Assembly (NCBI GenBank): GCA_951406725.2
Contig: OX597819.1
Coordinates: forward strand, 95,480,001 to 95,544,000
Length of the DNA stretch: 64,000 bases
Direction: 5' to 3'
Source of the DNA: Octopus vulgaris
Taxonomy: Eukaryota
Part shown: positions 52,978-64,000 of the stretch, piece after piece
How the letters are laid out: each line of letters opens with the position of its first letter
How positions within the stretch are numbered: position 1 is the first letter of the stretch
The notes under the pieces: model-generated
The model's database searches: none
Seen by the model: only the letters and a program-made list of their open reading frames with translations
Told to the model about the DNA's origin: nothing
Made by a program: the position numbers and the translations under genes

Positions 52978-54099
52978 GTAAGTATACTATTGTGTATGTT
53001 CCTTTTGAAATTCAATAAAAATCAAATCTCAAGCATGCAAATAAAATATATATTTCACATGTAAGTGTGTATGTTTATGCTTGTGTGTGCTTGGTGTGTG
53101 TGTGTGGGTGGGATATGCATCTTAATTCTGAGATGTATTTCTACATGTCATAAGAGACAACTGAAAAGACTGCATCAGGAAGAGCAACTGACCATAAAAT
53201 ATATGTTGGTCAGTAGCATATGGTGGTTGTCGTATTGGGTGTGCTACCTCACCCAATGCCACCAAATTTCAAGCAAATAAAAGTTTTCCATTAAGATTTG
53301 TGATTAAATTAATGAGTAAGGTTAATATTTATAATGAATTTGCTATTTTCGATAGGTGTGCAGTACACACCTAGCACACCCAGAATATATGCCCCTGATG
53401 TTGGTATGGGTTGGATGGCATTACAAATAAAATAGTCCCATCCAACCCATACCACCAGTATGGAAAAGTAGAAATAAAAACGATGGTGATGATGTTGAAG
53501 TACTGTTTGGTTGGTTGGAGTTGATCAGATGTGTGAATGATAGTTATGTCAAAAGTTAAGTCTGTATTAGGCTAGTGAATGTATCATATAATGACATGGG
53601 TAATAATAGCATGTTATGTCTATATATTAGGTTACATGACAGTATAACAATAATTATGCCAAAAGTCAAGGTTGTGTTAATCTAGTGAATATGTCTTGTG
53701 ATAATATGAACAGCAGATTGTCAGAGTAACATGTCTGTATGTTTGTGTGTGAGAATATGAGCTACAATTGCGTAGTCTCTCTATTCAATATGTTATGTAG
53801 TTCAGTCAATGATAGTTTGTCATTTTTAATAAATACATTTTCTTTATTTGATCTGTGGTTTTGTCAGAACACAGGTAAAGTGGGAAGACAAGAAATTTTG
53901 GCGACTTGTTTGCTGCACAGATTCGACCAACTAAACTTGCATCTCAATTGATGTCAATTTGGACCATAATCTCTCCATAAAGTAGAGTAAATTTTCAAAC
54001 TGCTCTGAGTCAAGACAAATTCAGCATCATTCCAGATCCTTCTATCTCACACTTTATCATTGTTTTTTTGTTTTTTTAACAATGACCCTAAGAAGTTTT

Positions 54100-54775
54100 T
54101 GACATGTTTAAGACCCTTTGATTCTGGGTTTAGTTCCCACTTGGAATCTTAATTCTAATTCACCTACAGTTTCAGCAGTAAGGACAAGGTCATCAGCATA
54201 GAGAAGTTCCTATGAGCAACCAGTCCTAAATTCCTCTCTTATGACTTGGAGGACTATGATAAATAAGAGGGGATTGATAACTAAACTCTGATGAACTCCT
54301 ACCTGCACACTAGATTCATTATTGTACTCATTGTTAACTCTCACTTTGGTGACAGCATCTCTGTACATGTCTTGAACTGCTCTCACTAGCCATTCATCTA
54401 CTCCTAGCTTTCACATCAACCTCCTCATGAGGGATTGAGACAATCTGTCAAAGTCTTTCTCCAGGTCAGTAGTTTACTCTTTGCTAAATATTTCTTCTGA
54501 AGTTGCAAAACTATAAAGGGTGCATCAGTAGTGCTTCTCCCTGGTATGATACCAAACTGCATCTCATCTAGATTAACTCTCTTTCTAATTAACTAGGTTC
54601 TGATTCTTTCAGTGACTTTCATAACCTGGTCCAATAATATGATACCATTGTAATTAATTCTTTCTAAGGCATCTCCTTTACCCTTGTAACTGTTGACTGT
54701 GATGCTGCTACATCAGTTATTGGGTGTGACACCTTCCTGTACCACCTGATTAACTAGACAAGTGAGTAGGCTGTT
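54100..54775 (-). mobile_element. Older decayed RTE RT fragment
   Basis: Colinear with 57350-57950 (aactgcatctcatcta, gtagtgcttct, ggactatgat). Confidence 0.75.
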
Positions 54776-54789
54776 TTAAGATAGTTATT

Positions 54790-55050
54790 GGTCTTTTTCC
54801 TCTGCTGCAGCTGTTTCAGTGTCACAATAAATGCTTTATATGACATCAGTACAGATTTGAGACCACAGCCACCTGGGAAGTATAACCTGTCTACATCTCC
54901 ATTAATATTGAAGTTTCCTGTAACACTGAGCAGTGTGCGAGTTCAAACATCTATCTCGTCGAGTTCTTGTAGTGACCAGTTCAGAAGGCCAAATGTAAGC
55001 ATGAGGACAGGCACTATAAAGGTTTTGTGGGCAATACATTTGCTGTAAGG
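54790..55050 (-). mobile_element. R4/Dong-like non-LTR retrotransposon fragment
   Basis: VPVLMLTFGLLNWSLQELDEIDV followed by VTGNFNINGDVDRLY-like sequence; clade assigned from recall only. Confidence 0.5.
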
Positions 55051-55074
55051 CTGAGAGTTCTGGCAGATGGAGAA

Positions 55075-55105
<31 letters not shown>

Positions 55106-55607
55106 TGAATAAATTCTTTCTTTGAAAGCAATTTTAGTTTCATTTAATGTTTTATTAAATTTAGAGTGGTAGATGTTGTCTGTAAAATATAGTTGTGGGT
55201 TCTGTGATTTTTAGAAAACTGTACAATGGATTCTATACTGAAATGTGTTTGAGAACTGCTGGTGTAAGTAATAGGTATTGTCAATTCCTGTTAGCTACTC
55301 CTATACATATATAATGCATGAATCATTATTTTCTTTCCGCATGTCTAAGATTCCACAGCACTTTTTGTGTAGCTATTGGTTATATTATATACACAGTATA
55401 GAATTCCTACATACTCCTTTTGTGCTTCTTTTTCATCATTATCATCATCATCATCATCGTTTAACGTCTGTTTTCCGCGCTAGCACAGGTTGGACGGTTC
55501 GACCGGGGTCTGGGAAGCCAGGGGCTGCACCAGGCTCCAGTCTGATCTGGCAGAGTTTCTACAGCTGGATGCCCTTCCTAACACCAACCACTCCGCGAGT
55601 GTAGTGG

Positions 55608-56276
55608 GTGCTTTTTACGTGCCACCTGCACAGGTGCCAGGGGGGGTCCAGCATCGGCCACGATCGGTTGGAGCTTTTAACGTGCCACCGGCACGGAAGC
55701 CAGCTAAGGCGGCGCTGGCAACAGCCACGTTCGGATGGTGCTTTTTATGTGCCACTGGCACAGAAGCCAGTCGGGGCAGCGCTGGCATCGGCCACGTTCG
55801 GATGGTGCTTTTTATGTGCCACCGGCACGGAAGCCAGTCGGGGCGGCGCTGGCATCGGCCACGTTCGGATGGTGCTTTTTATGTGCCACCGGCACAGAAG
55901 CCAGTCGGGACGGCGCTGGCATCGGCCATGTTTGGATGGTGCTTTTTATGTACCACCAGCACAGAAGCCAGTCGGGGCGGCACTGGCATCAGCCATGTTC
56001 GGATAGTGCATTTTATGTGCCACCGGCACAGAAGCCAGTAAAGGGCGGAGCTGGCAACAGCCACGTTCGGATGGTGCTTTTTATGTGCCACCGGCACAGA
56101 AGCCAGTCAGGGTGGGGCTGGCATTGGCCACGTTCGGATGGTGCTTTTTATGTGCCACCGGCACAGGAGTCAGTCGGGGCGGCGCTGGCATCAGCCACGT
56201 TCGGATGGTGCTTTTTATGTGCCACTGGCACAGAAGCCAGTCGAGGTGGCGCTGGTAACAGCCACATCCGGATGGC
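55608..56276 (-). repeat. Ten tandem 67-bp units in the RTE 3' UTR
   Basis: gcca(c/t) anchor at 55657, 55724, 55791, 55858, 55925, 55992, 56060, 56127, 56194 and 56261. Confidence 0.95.
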
Positions 56277-56778
56277 ACAGGTATCACAACTACTATTTCC
56301 ATTGATATTTATATTTATTTCGATGTTCATGTTCATGTACTTGACTCAACAGGTCTCCTCAAGCACAGCGAGATGTTCCGGGATCCAGGGTACTTTGAAT
56401 GGGCAGGGGGCTATGCAGAACTGGTGCAGGAAGCAGCGCGGGTCTTTGCAGTCACAGCATATCTCCAGAGATCTCGGTCCTTCGCCATTGCCTCAGTGAG
56501 GCCCAACGCTCTGAGGTCATGCTTGACTACCTCATCCCATGTCTTCCTGGGTCTACCTCTCCCCCCTGATACCTTCAACTGTTTGGGAGTGGCACTTCTT
56601 CACACATCTCTCCTCATCCCTCCGCAGTACATGACCATACTATCGCAAGCGTCGCTCTTGCACACCACATCTGATGCTTCTTATGTCCAGCATTTCTCTC
56701 AGGGTGCTTACACTCTGTCGTGCGTGCACACTGACATTACACATCCAGCGGATCATGCTAGCTTCATTTCTTTCAAGT

Positions 56779-58590
56779 CTACACATCTCCTCTGCAGTCA
56801 CAGCCGTGAAGCATGGCAGTTCGCACACATGCATCATACAATCTACCTTTCACTCTGAGCGAGAGACCCTTTGTCGCCAGTAGGGGTAGGAGCTTTCTGA
56901 ACTTTGCCCAGGCTATTCGTATTCTAGTAGTGATACTCTCTGAGCATCCACCTCCACTACTAACTTGGTCACCCAGGTAGCGGAAACTATCAACTACTTC
57001 TAGTTTCTCCCCCTGGAGTGTGATGAAATCTGTTTTCTGAGTGCCTGTGGTGTCTATTGTCCCTGTGCATCCGCCGCACATGAAAGCTATCTTATCAGTT
57101 AATTTCCCTTTGATGTTGCTGCACCTCTTATGCGTCCATAGCTTACATTGGGTGCATCTTATGGAGTTTCTACCTACCCCTTTCCTACAGATCGAGCAGG
57201 GCCACCTGCCCGAGGGTGTGTGTGCTGAGTTCGCCTTTCTGCTTACTATAACTTTGGTCTTTGCTACATTTACTCTAAGGCCCTTTGATTCTAACCCTTG
57301 CTTCCACACCTGAAATTTCTTTTCTAGTTCCGGTAGTGATTCTGCTATGAGAGCCGGGTCATCAGCATAGAGGAGCTCCCAGGGGCATCCTGTTTTGAAT
57401 TCCTCTGTTATTGCCTGGAGGACTATGATGAATAAAAGGGGACTGAGGGCTGAGCCTTGGTGTACACCTACTTCTACCCGGAATTCTTCACTATATTCGT
57501 TGCCAATCCTAACCTTGCTGACAGCCTCTCTGTATAGAGCCTGTACAGCCCTTATTAGCCATTCATCAATTTCCAGTTTCCGCATCGACCACCAGATAAG
57601 GGATCGGGGAACCCTGTCAAAGGCTTTCTCCAAGTCCACAAAAGCTATGTAGAGGGGTTTATCTTTAGCTAGGTACTTCTCCTGCAGTTGTCGGACCAGG
57701 AATATAGCATCAGTGGTGCTTCTACCCGGCACAAAACCGAACTGCATCTCATCTAAGCAAATTCTCTCCCTAATGAGATGGGTTATGACCCTCTCTGTGA
57801 CCTTCATCACCTGATCCAACAGTTTAATACCCCTGTAATTATTTATATCTAAAGCATCACTCTTACCCTTGTAGCAGTTGACTATGGTGCTGCTACGCCA
57901 GTCATTGGGTATGACTCCATTGTGAACTACCTGGTTTACAATGCGGGTGACTAGGCCATAGCCCACACAGCCAGCTGTTTTAAGCATCCCAGCAGTGATT
58001 CCTGATGGGCTGGGGGCTTTACCTGTTTTCATATCCTTAATTGCCTTAACTACAAGGGAGCTGTCTATTCGGATAGCTGGTCCCTCTACTGGGTCAACAT
58101 TTGGCAGGCTCTCCTCCTCCCATTCATTCTCCACATTCAGCAGTCTTTCATAATGGCTTCTCCAAGCCTCTTTCTTTTCACCAACATTAAAAGCAAGTGC
58201 CCCATCATCCATGCGGACACATTTCTCTCCTGTAACATCACTATTTTCTCTCACACACTGTCTGGCAATCCGAAATACCTCAGCTCTTTGGTCCTCACGT
58301 TGCAGGACATTGGCAAACTTCTTTTCTGCTACATCTTTGGCTATGTATACCTGCCACCCAGCCTCCCTTTTGGCTACCTGGTACAGTTCCCTGCTGCCCC
58401 CATCCCTCCAGTCTTTCCAGGCCTGTCTCTTTGTACTAATGGCTTTGTCTACTGCACTATTCCACCACCACGTAACTCTAGGTCTGGAAGGGACTTTGCA
58501 CCATCCACAGACTTGGTCTGTGGCACTCAGCAAGCTGTCCCGTAGGAATTCCCAGCTACCTTCTATGTCCGACGTCTGAAGCTCCTCCAC
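56779..58590 (-). CDS. RTE reverse transcriptase ORF (603-aa track ORF; part of a truncated LINE)
   Basis: Non-LTR RT motifs plus a C4HC3 finger. The annotated start is not the native start; the frame continues upstream. Confidence 0.85.
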   Translation of the reverse strand: MEELQTSDIEGSWEFLRDSLLSATDQVCGWCKVPSRPRVTWWWNSAVDKAISTKRQAWKDWRDGGSRELYQVAKREAGWQVYIAKDVAEKKFANVLQREDQRAEVFRIARQCVRENSDVTGEKCVRMDDGALAFNVGEKKEAWRSHYERLLNVENEWEEESLPNVDPVEGPAIRIDSSLVVKAIKDMKTGKAPSPSGITAGMLKTAGCVGYGLVTRIVNQVVHNGVIPNDWRSSTIVNCYKGKSDALDINNYRGIKLLDQVMKVTERVITHLIRERICLDEMQFGFVPGRSTTDAIFLVRQLQEKYLAKDKPLYIAFVDLEKAFDRVPRSLIWWSMRKLEIDEWLIRAVQALYREAVSKVRIGNEYSEEFRVEVGVHQGSALSPLLFIIVLQAITEEFKTGCPWELLYADDPALIAESLPELEKKFQVWKQGLESKGLRVNVAKTKVIVSRKANSAHTPSGRWPCSICRKGVGRNSIRCTQCKLWTHKRCSNIKGKLTDKIAFMCGGCTGTIDTTGTQKTDFITLQGEKLEVVDSFRYLGDQVSSGGGCSESITTRIRIAWAKFRKLLPLLATKGLSLRVKGRLYDACVRTAMLHGCDCRGDV

Positions 58591-60473
58591 CCTCTCATCA
58601 AATTTCTTGATGAGGATGTCCCTAAATCTCTGACCATGTGAAGGGTTCTTTAGCTTCCAAATCCTTCTTTTCTGGATTGGTTTGTTTCTTGGAGTCCTTC
58701 TGGCCTCAAGCTTAAAGTCACTGATGATTAGCCTATGCTGAGGGATACATTCTTCATCCGGGAGGGTCTTTGTATTTAAGAGTGATCCTGCATCCCGCTG
58801 TCTGGTGAGGATGAAGTCTATTTGGCTAGCGGAGTCTCCTGACTGATAGGTTATAAGGTGGCAGTCAGGCTTCCTGAAGTTAGTGTTGCAGATTAAAAGG
58901 TTACATGCATCACAGGTATATTAAATAGGGCCACTCCCTAAATAGCTGTTAAGCTGTATCATTTTTTGCCAAATAATCATTTTGTCTCTGTTAGGTTTAC
59001 TTTTACTTTTAGGCTCTGCTTTCATGTTTGGAGTTTTGGCCATGAGAACTAAATCATCTGTTTACAAGAGTTCTCCTAAGTAATCTGTCTTAAAATTTTC
59101 TACTATAACCAGTGGCAGCTCATAGATAAAATTATTTGGGGTGCTGCTTCAGAAAATTTTTAGCTGTTGTTTTAATATTGTGTAAAAGAAAAGAAACATA
59201 TAAAAAGAAAATTTATACATGAACTTGATCAGTTTGCATTTTAGTCACTGTCAGGTAGTGTGTTTAATTTGTTCACTGCACACCACCATGAGCTGCCCCT
59301 TATTTATCAAAAATCTCTCCTAAATCACAAAATAAAGTCGGGAAATGTGCCCTATTTTTCAAATCCTGGCAGCAACACTGAAGCTGGAAGCAGGATAATA
59401 ATCTAATTCTACACTTTATAACACATTTTTAAGCACAACAGACGTGAAGTCAAAAAGAAACTCTACCGTTCACCCAGCACTGTTGTCCACACACTACTCT
59501 CTCTTTCCCTTGTGTGAAGCTCCCTATCTCAGACATGTAAGCATGTGCACAACAGCCAAACACCACATCACTGGAACAGTTCTATACAAAGATTTTTGTA
59601 ATTTTTTCATAAACTAGGGGATGGCTACTGACATTAAGCTTAAAGATTATATAATATACAAGTATAAAGAAAGAATTTAAAAAAAAGGACTCGTTATATT
59701 GAATGTTATTTATAATATCAAGTGTAAATAGGAATGCAGTTCCACAGTTCCTATACACAAGCCACCATTGACTGTGATCTTGGTAACTATCATAAACAGG
59801 ATATTGCTGAAACCAATGTTTGATGAACATCTGTTTGCAGTTAAATTCCTTACCAGTAACTTACTAACTTTCACTTTATTGACAGTATCACTGTACACAG
59901 CCTGTACAAATCTTACAAATGATTTCTCTACTCTCAGTTTTCCTAGTGATCACTAGTATACCAAGCATAATATACTTAACTAAAAAAGCCTGTTAAAGGC
60001 TTTCTCAGAGTCAAGATATACAAAGTACTATGGTTTTGTTATTGGCTTAGAATTTTTCTTGTAGTTGCCTCACTAAGAAGAGGACATTGGTGGTTCTATG
60101 CCCTGGCACAAACCAAACCACACTTCATCTAAGCTGGTTCTCTCTGATTAGCTTTGCTATAAACTTCAACCACTTTCAAGGCCTGATTCATCAGTTAAAT
60201 AACTCTGGAGTTACTTATTTCTAATGCTTCTCCTTTGATTTTGGAGTAGTTCACAATACTACTATTTTGCCAGCATAACACTACCTGATTATAATTATGT
60301 GAGTAACTAACTCATATCATACTTTGTTGAATATTTTCAACAGCCTGGCAGCTATATTTGATGGTCCTGCGACTTCTATCTTCATCTCCTTAATAGTCCT
60401 TTCATCTGTATAGCAGTTAACCCCTATGTTGGATCCACTTGGAGTAACCCCTTTTTTTTCACCCTAATTCTCA

Positions 60474-60927
60474 CTAGCAGGACTTCTGAATATTTCACAG
60501 AATTAACTTACTGGGTTATTTTTGAAAAATTTATCCAGAAATTCTGGAAGCATAGCCTGATTTGTGTCTGTAACAAAAGATAGTTGCTCATTTACTAATC
60601 ACTGAAAAGTGAAGGAAACTAGAATCCAATGATTACTTAATGCACTTTATATGCTTTATGTACAATTTTATAGACTCAATACACAGCATTCTCCCTCTTT
60701 CTCTCTCATTCTTCACCTTATTCTCTTTTTCTCTCCTTTTTTTTCGCTCTTCGCCTTTCCCTTTAACTAATTACATAAAAGTGTTACAGATGGGCTAGGT
60801 AACAGACAAGAAACAACTTAGTTTAAAAAAACTCCCCCCCTCCCTCCCACCTACTCCCTTCAGCTAATCATGTGGAAGCGTTATGGATGAGCTAAGTAAT
60901 GAAGGAACAAGTAAAATTATTATAAGA
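60474..60927 (-). mobile_element. Non-autonomous Helitron, family 2, copy 2
   Basis: Same termini and body as 25806-26219. Confidence 0.65.
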
Positions 60928-61209
60928 TGGGATCACCTTTCGTACTGTGTCCCTTTTGAGTAGACTAAACTTAGAGTAAAACTCAAACATAGGAGTGCAA
61001 AAGCAGTGTTTCTCCTAGTGTGCAAAAATTAATTTGATTTATGGTCAGATACTTTTTTTTTTGATCAAATATAGAATATGAGTGGTTACAGTATAAGGTC
61101 AGTCAGGCAAATTAGAGCAGCCATATGCACACTGACATAGCACACTGGTCGTCATCGTTAGATTTCAGCCTAATGTATGTGCATGAATTGAGAAATTGTC
61201 ATCTTCTTT

Positions 61210-62080
61210 ATTATCATCATCATCATCATCATCATCACCATCACCATCATCATCATTTCATGTCCGTTTTCCATGCAGGCATGAGTTGAACATTTTGACT
61301 GAAAACTGGTAAGCTGGAGTGTGGCACCAGATTCCAATTTGATTTGGCAAGGTCTCTATGGCTAGATGCCTTTCCTAATGCCAATCACTCTGACGGTGTA
61401 GTGGGTACATCTTATGTGCCACTACCACAGTATATCACCAAAGGCCTCGGCTGCTTGTCATTGTCTCCATGAGGCCCAACATTCAAAGATCATGCTTCAC
61501 CACCTCATCCCATGTCTTTCTGGGTCTACCTCTTCCACAGGTTCCCTCCATTAGAGTGCAACGCTATCTTTGCCCATATGCATCACATGATCATACCAGC
61601 ACAATCATCTCTCTTGCTCACCATATCCAGTGTCTTTTATGCCCAACATTTCTCTCAGGATGCTTACACTCTGTCATGCATGCACACTGACATTACAAAT
61701 CCAGCGAAACATACTAGTTTCATTTCTTACAAGCCTACTCATGTTCTCAGCAGTCACAGCCCATGTTTCACTGCTGTGTAGCATGCCTGTTCACACACAA
61801 GCATCATAGTCTGACTTTCACTCTAAGTAAGAGGCCCTTTGTTACCAGCAGAGACAGGAGCTCTCTGAACTTTGCCCAGCCTATTCTTATTCTAGCTGCT
61901 ATGCTCTCGGAGCATCCACCCCAACAGGACCATCTACTTGAAGGAATTTGTAATTTGTCTGCTTTTCTAATTACAAAGACTTTGGTTTCTGCTAGGTTAA
62001 CTCTAAGGCCCTTCGATTCTAGACCCTGCTTCCACACATGAAACTTCTCTAGTTCTAGTAGTGATTCAGATATAAGAACA
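61210..62080 (-). mobile_element. Older RTE LINE 3' fragment with internal deletions
   Basis: WKQGLESKGLRVN...GGCSESIAARIRIGWAKFRELL; (GAT)n tail. Confidence 0.85.
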
Positions 62081-62249
62081 ATACTTTTTTCTGGGTTGTT
62101 TAAATTTGTATTAAAATATTGACACATTGACTAAGGTAAGTAATTGATTATATTTTGACAGATAATATTTTTACAGCATCCAAAATTCTGAGTAAAACAT
62201 GGCTAAATTCTTCTTTTTACTAATTGTTTCCCTCAACCATTTTTAATAG

Positions 62250-62343
62250 GCATTTGGTCTCCCAGCCATAGTTGCTCATGTCAACAATGAGGAGAAGATG
62301 ATTTTTGGTTGTGACAGATTTCCTATACTTGCACTAATTCTTA
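62250..62343 (+). CDS. GSTK1: GSTK1 exon 7 (AFGLPAIVAHVNNEEKMIFGCDRFPILALIL)
   Basis: aatag/gtaagt; AFGLP and FG(S/C)DR motifs. The phase-1 end needs one more exon. Confidence 0.93.
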
Positions 62344-62879
62344 GTAAGTATTTTCTAGTTTGATATTTTTATTATAGTTTTAGGCTGTTCTGATGTCATC
62401 TTACTAGTGAAAATAATCTTCAGTTGATACTTACTGAATTTGCTCCTTTCTTTTTTACATCTACCAGACTCCTCATTCTTTAGTATGTGTAATCACTTTC
62501 TACATGTAAAAGAATGTCAGCTCAAAAATTGCTGTACCCTGGAGCCATCTGAAAAGACTGTTTTATATTTCTTTTGTCATTTACTTATTTCTGTTATCAG
62601 ACTGCAACCAGGCTGGAGCACTGCCTTAAAGGGTTCAGTTAAGCAGTAATTTTTTTTTTCAAGTTTGATATTTATTCCATTAGTCATTTTTTGCCAGACC
62701 ACTAAGTTATGGGGATGTAAATGAAGCATCACCGATTGTCAAGCAGTGTGTGTGTGTATGTGGGGTGGGGTGGAGGACAAACACAAATACACACACACAC
62801 ACACACACACACACATATTGTCAGTAAATCATAAATCCGAAAGAGAAGCACACTCTAAGCTGTAGAGCAGTAGAGTAAT

Positions 62880-63705
62880 TAGATAAAGGTAATTATGGCT
62901 GACCAGTTCACTTACCACCTCTGAGACATTAGATTCATGTCATTTCCGCTCTACTGGTCATTCATTACAACACCTGTCTATGTTCGGATTGTCTTTGCAT
63001 AGGGGCCATCCAGGAATTAATGAACAGGAATTAATCTTCTCTCTTTGCTCCTTTGTGCTATATGGGCTCAACTCTCCTCCTCTCCCCTCTTCATCTCACA
63101 CCTACTTCCCCTCTTTACTCCTACCCACCTTCTCCCTTCATCGATATCCTCTCCATCCACACCCCACCCCTACACATCCCACTCCCACATACCCTACCCT
63201 TACCCCCCACATCCTCACCCTCACATCCCCACACCCCAACACCACACCACACACCACCACATCACACCACCCCGCACACACTAGCACTGACCACTTCCCA
63301 GCACCCATACCATCATCCACACACCCACACATTACAGACGCACCCACTTACATACACACACATCCACATATCAAAGTCACCATCCCCTATCCACACACAT
63401 GCACACACACTCACAAACACATGCACTCACACCTTCATTTTGGGATCACCAATACTTTATTATCCCCCCTTCTTCTTAGCTCTCCTGTGTAACTACCTTT
63501 GTCCAGCCTGCCGCCATGATTGATCGCTGGCTCCAAAAGTTTTTTTATTCTTCCTCTGTTAATTTCCTCATATTCCTTTTTGTTGAAGAGTTTAGGCTTG
63601 AAACATAAAAGACTTTCTCACCTTCCTGAGCATTAAACTAATACACCTGTTTGTTGTTTATACACCTGTCTTCGTCTTTTGTTTTACTGTAAATTTCAAC
63701 TATCT
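62880..63705 (+). mobile_element. Penelope-like element 3' remnant
   Basis: HFRSTGHSLQHLSMFG...EQELIFSLCSFVLYGLN resembles the GIY-YIG C-terminus; C/A-rich spacer; degenerate hammerhead-like motif at 63576-63611; ends in a TA tract. Confidence 0.6.
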
Positions 63706-63718
63706 GTCTATCTATCTA

Positions 63719-63755
<37 letters not shown>

Positions 63756-64000
63756 GGAGAAAATTATAATTAGGTATGTAACAGTTACTAAAAGAAAGTA
63801 ATTATTAAAGGCTTGACTGTCTGGAATTCTTTTATAAATTCATGTTCCAAGAAATTTCCTGTCATTTCAATTTCTGAAGTTTTTCAGAGATTTACATATG
63901 CGTTGCATTTACTGCAGAGTAGATTTAATAAACAGTATTAATTCATTGCAGGCAAAATTTTCCATTTTTACATGCAACACTCTCTCACTCTCTTTTGCAT

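Larger units (their letters stand above)
55434..58914 (-). mobile_element. Young 5'-truncated RTE LINE (APE C-terminus + RT + PHD finger, repeat-containing 3' UTR, (GAT)n tail)
   Basis: Frame open from 58914 (QIDFIL...QHRLIISDF) through QFGF, FVDLEKAFDRV, GVHQGSALSP and YADD to a small frameshifting deletion near 56800. Confidence 0.95.
30056..62343 (+). other. GSTK1: Glutathione S-transferase kappa 1 gene (7 coding exons seen; final exon not found)
   Basis: Exons 30056-30133, 33299-33380, 46188-46291, 46383-46511, 49804-49839, 52861-52977 and 62250-62343 splice in frame to a DsbA-like kappa GST with VELFYDVVSPYSW, GNKPP, KGSL, LWMRI, DITE, GAFGLP and FGCDR. Confidence 0.95.

Noticed and set aside
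55608-56276. CRISPR-like regular array
   Set aside because: Units are wholly homologous with no unique spacers, there are no cas genes, and the array lies in a eukaryotic LINE 3' UTR.
55490-56499. Long overlapping + strand ORFs (183, 132, 254 aa)
   Set aside because: By-products of a stop-poor 67-bp repeat read antisense to the LINE; the peptide rotates through frames.
62980-63523. Pro/His/Thr-rich extensin-like ORFs
   Set aside because: Low-complexity C/A spacer of a Penelope-like remnant.

Overview
AT-rich, repeat-dense animal genomic DNA. The SINE and RTE-LINE families look like those of coleoid cephalopods (Octopus); this is recognition from memory, not a database result. Two spliced genes lie on the + strand: the last seven coding exons of TPX2 (2778-13633) and the first seven coding exons of glutathione S-transferase kappa GSTK1 (30056-62343; its last exon was not found and probably lies beyond the window). 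The rest is mostly mobile DNA. DNA elements: a near-intact pogo/Tigger element ending 127 bp before the GSTK1 ATG, two mariners, an hAT MITE and four Helitrons. Retroelements: RTE, CR1-like, R4-like, Gypsy and Penelope-like remnants and at least three tRNA-derived SINE families. Most unusual: (i) a young RTE LINE with a complete PHD-type C4HC3 finger inside its RT region and a 3' UTR of ten 67-bp stem-loop units; (ii) a 2.3-kb satellite-like concatemer of an RTE 3' UTR with a 683-bp higher-order period; (iii) degenerate minimal Penelope-type hammerhead motifs in sense orientation in introns of both genes. No prokaryotic-type system (CRISPR etc.) is supported.
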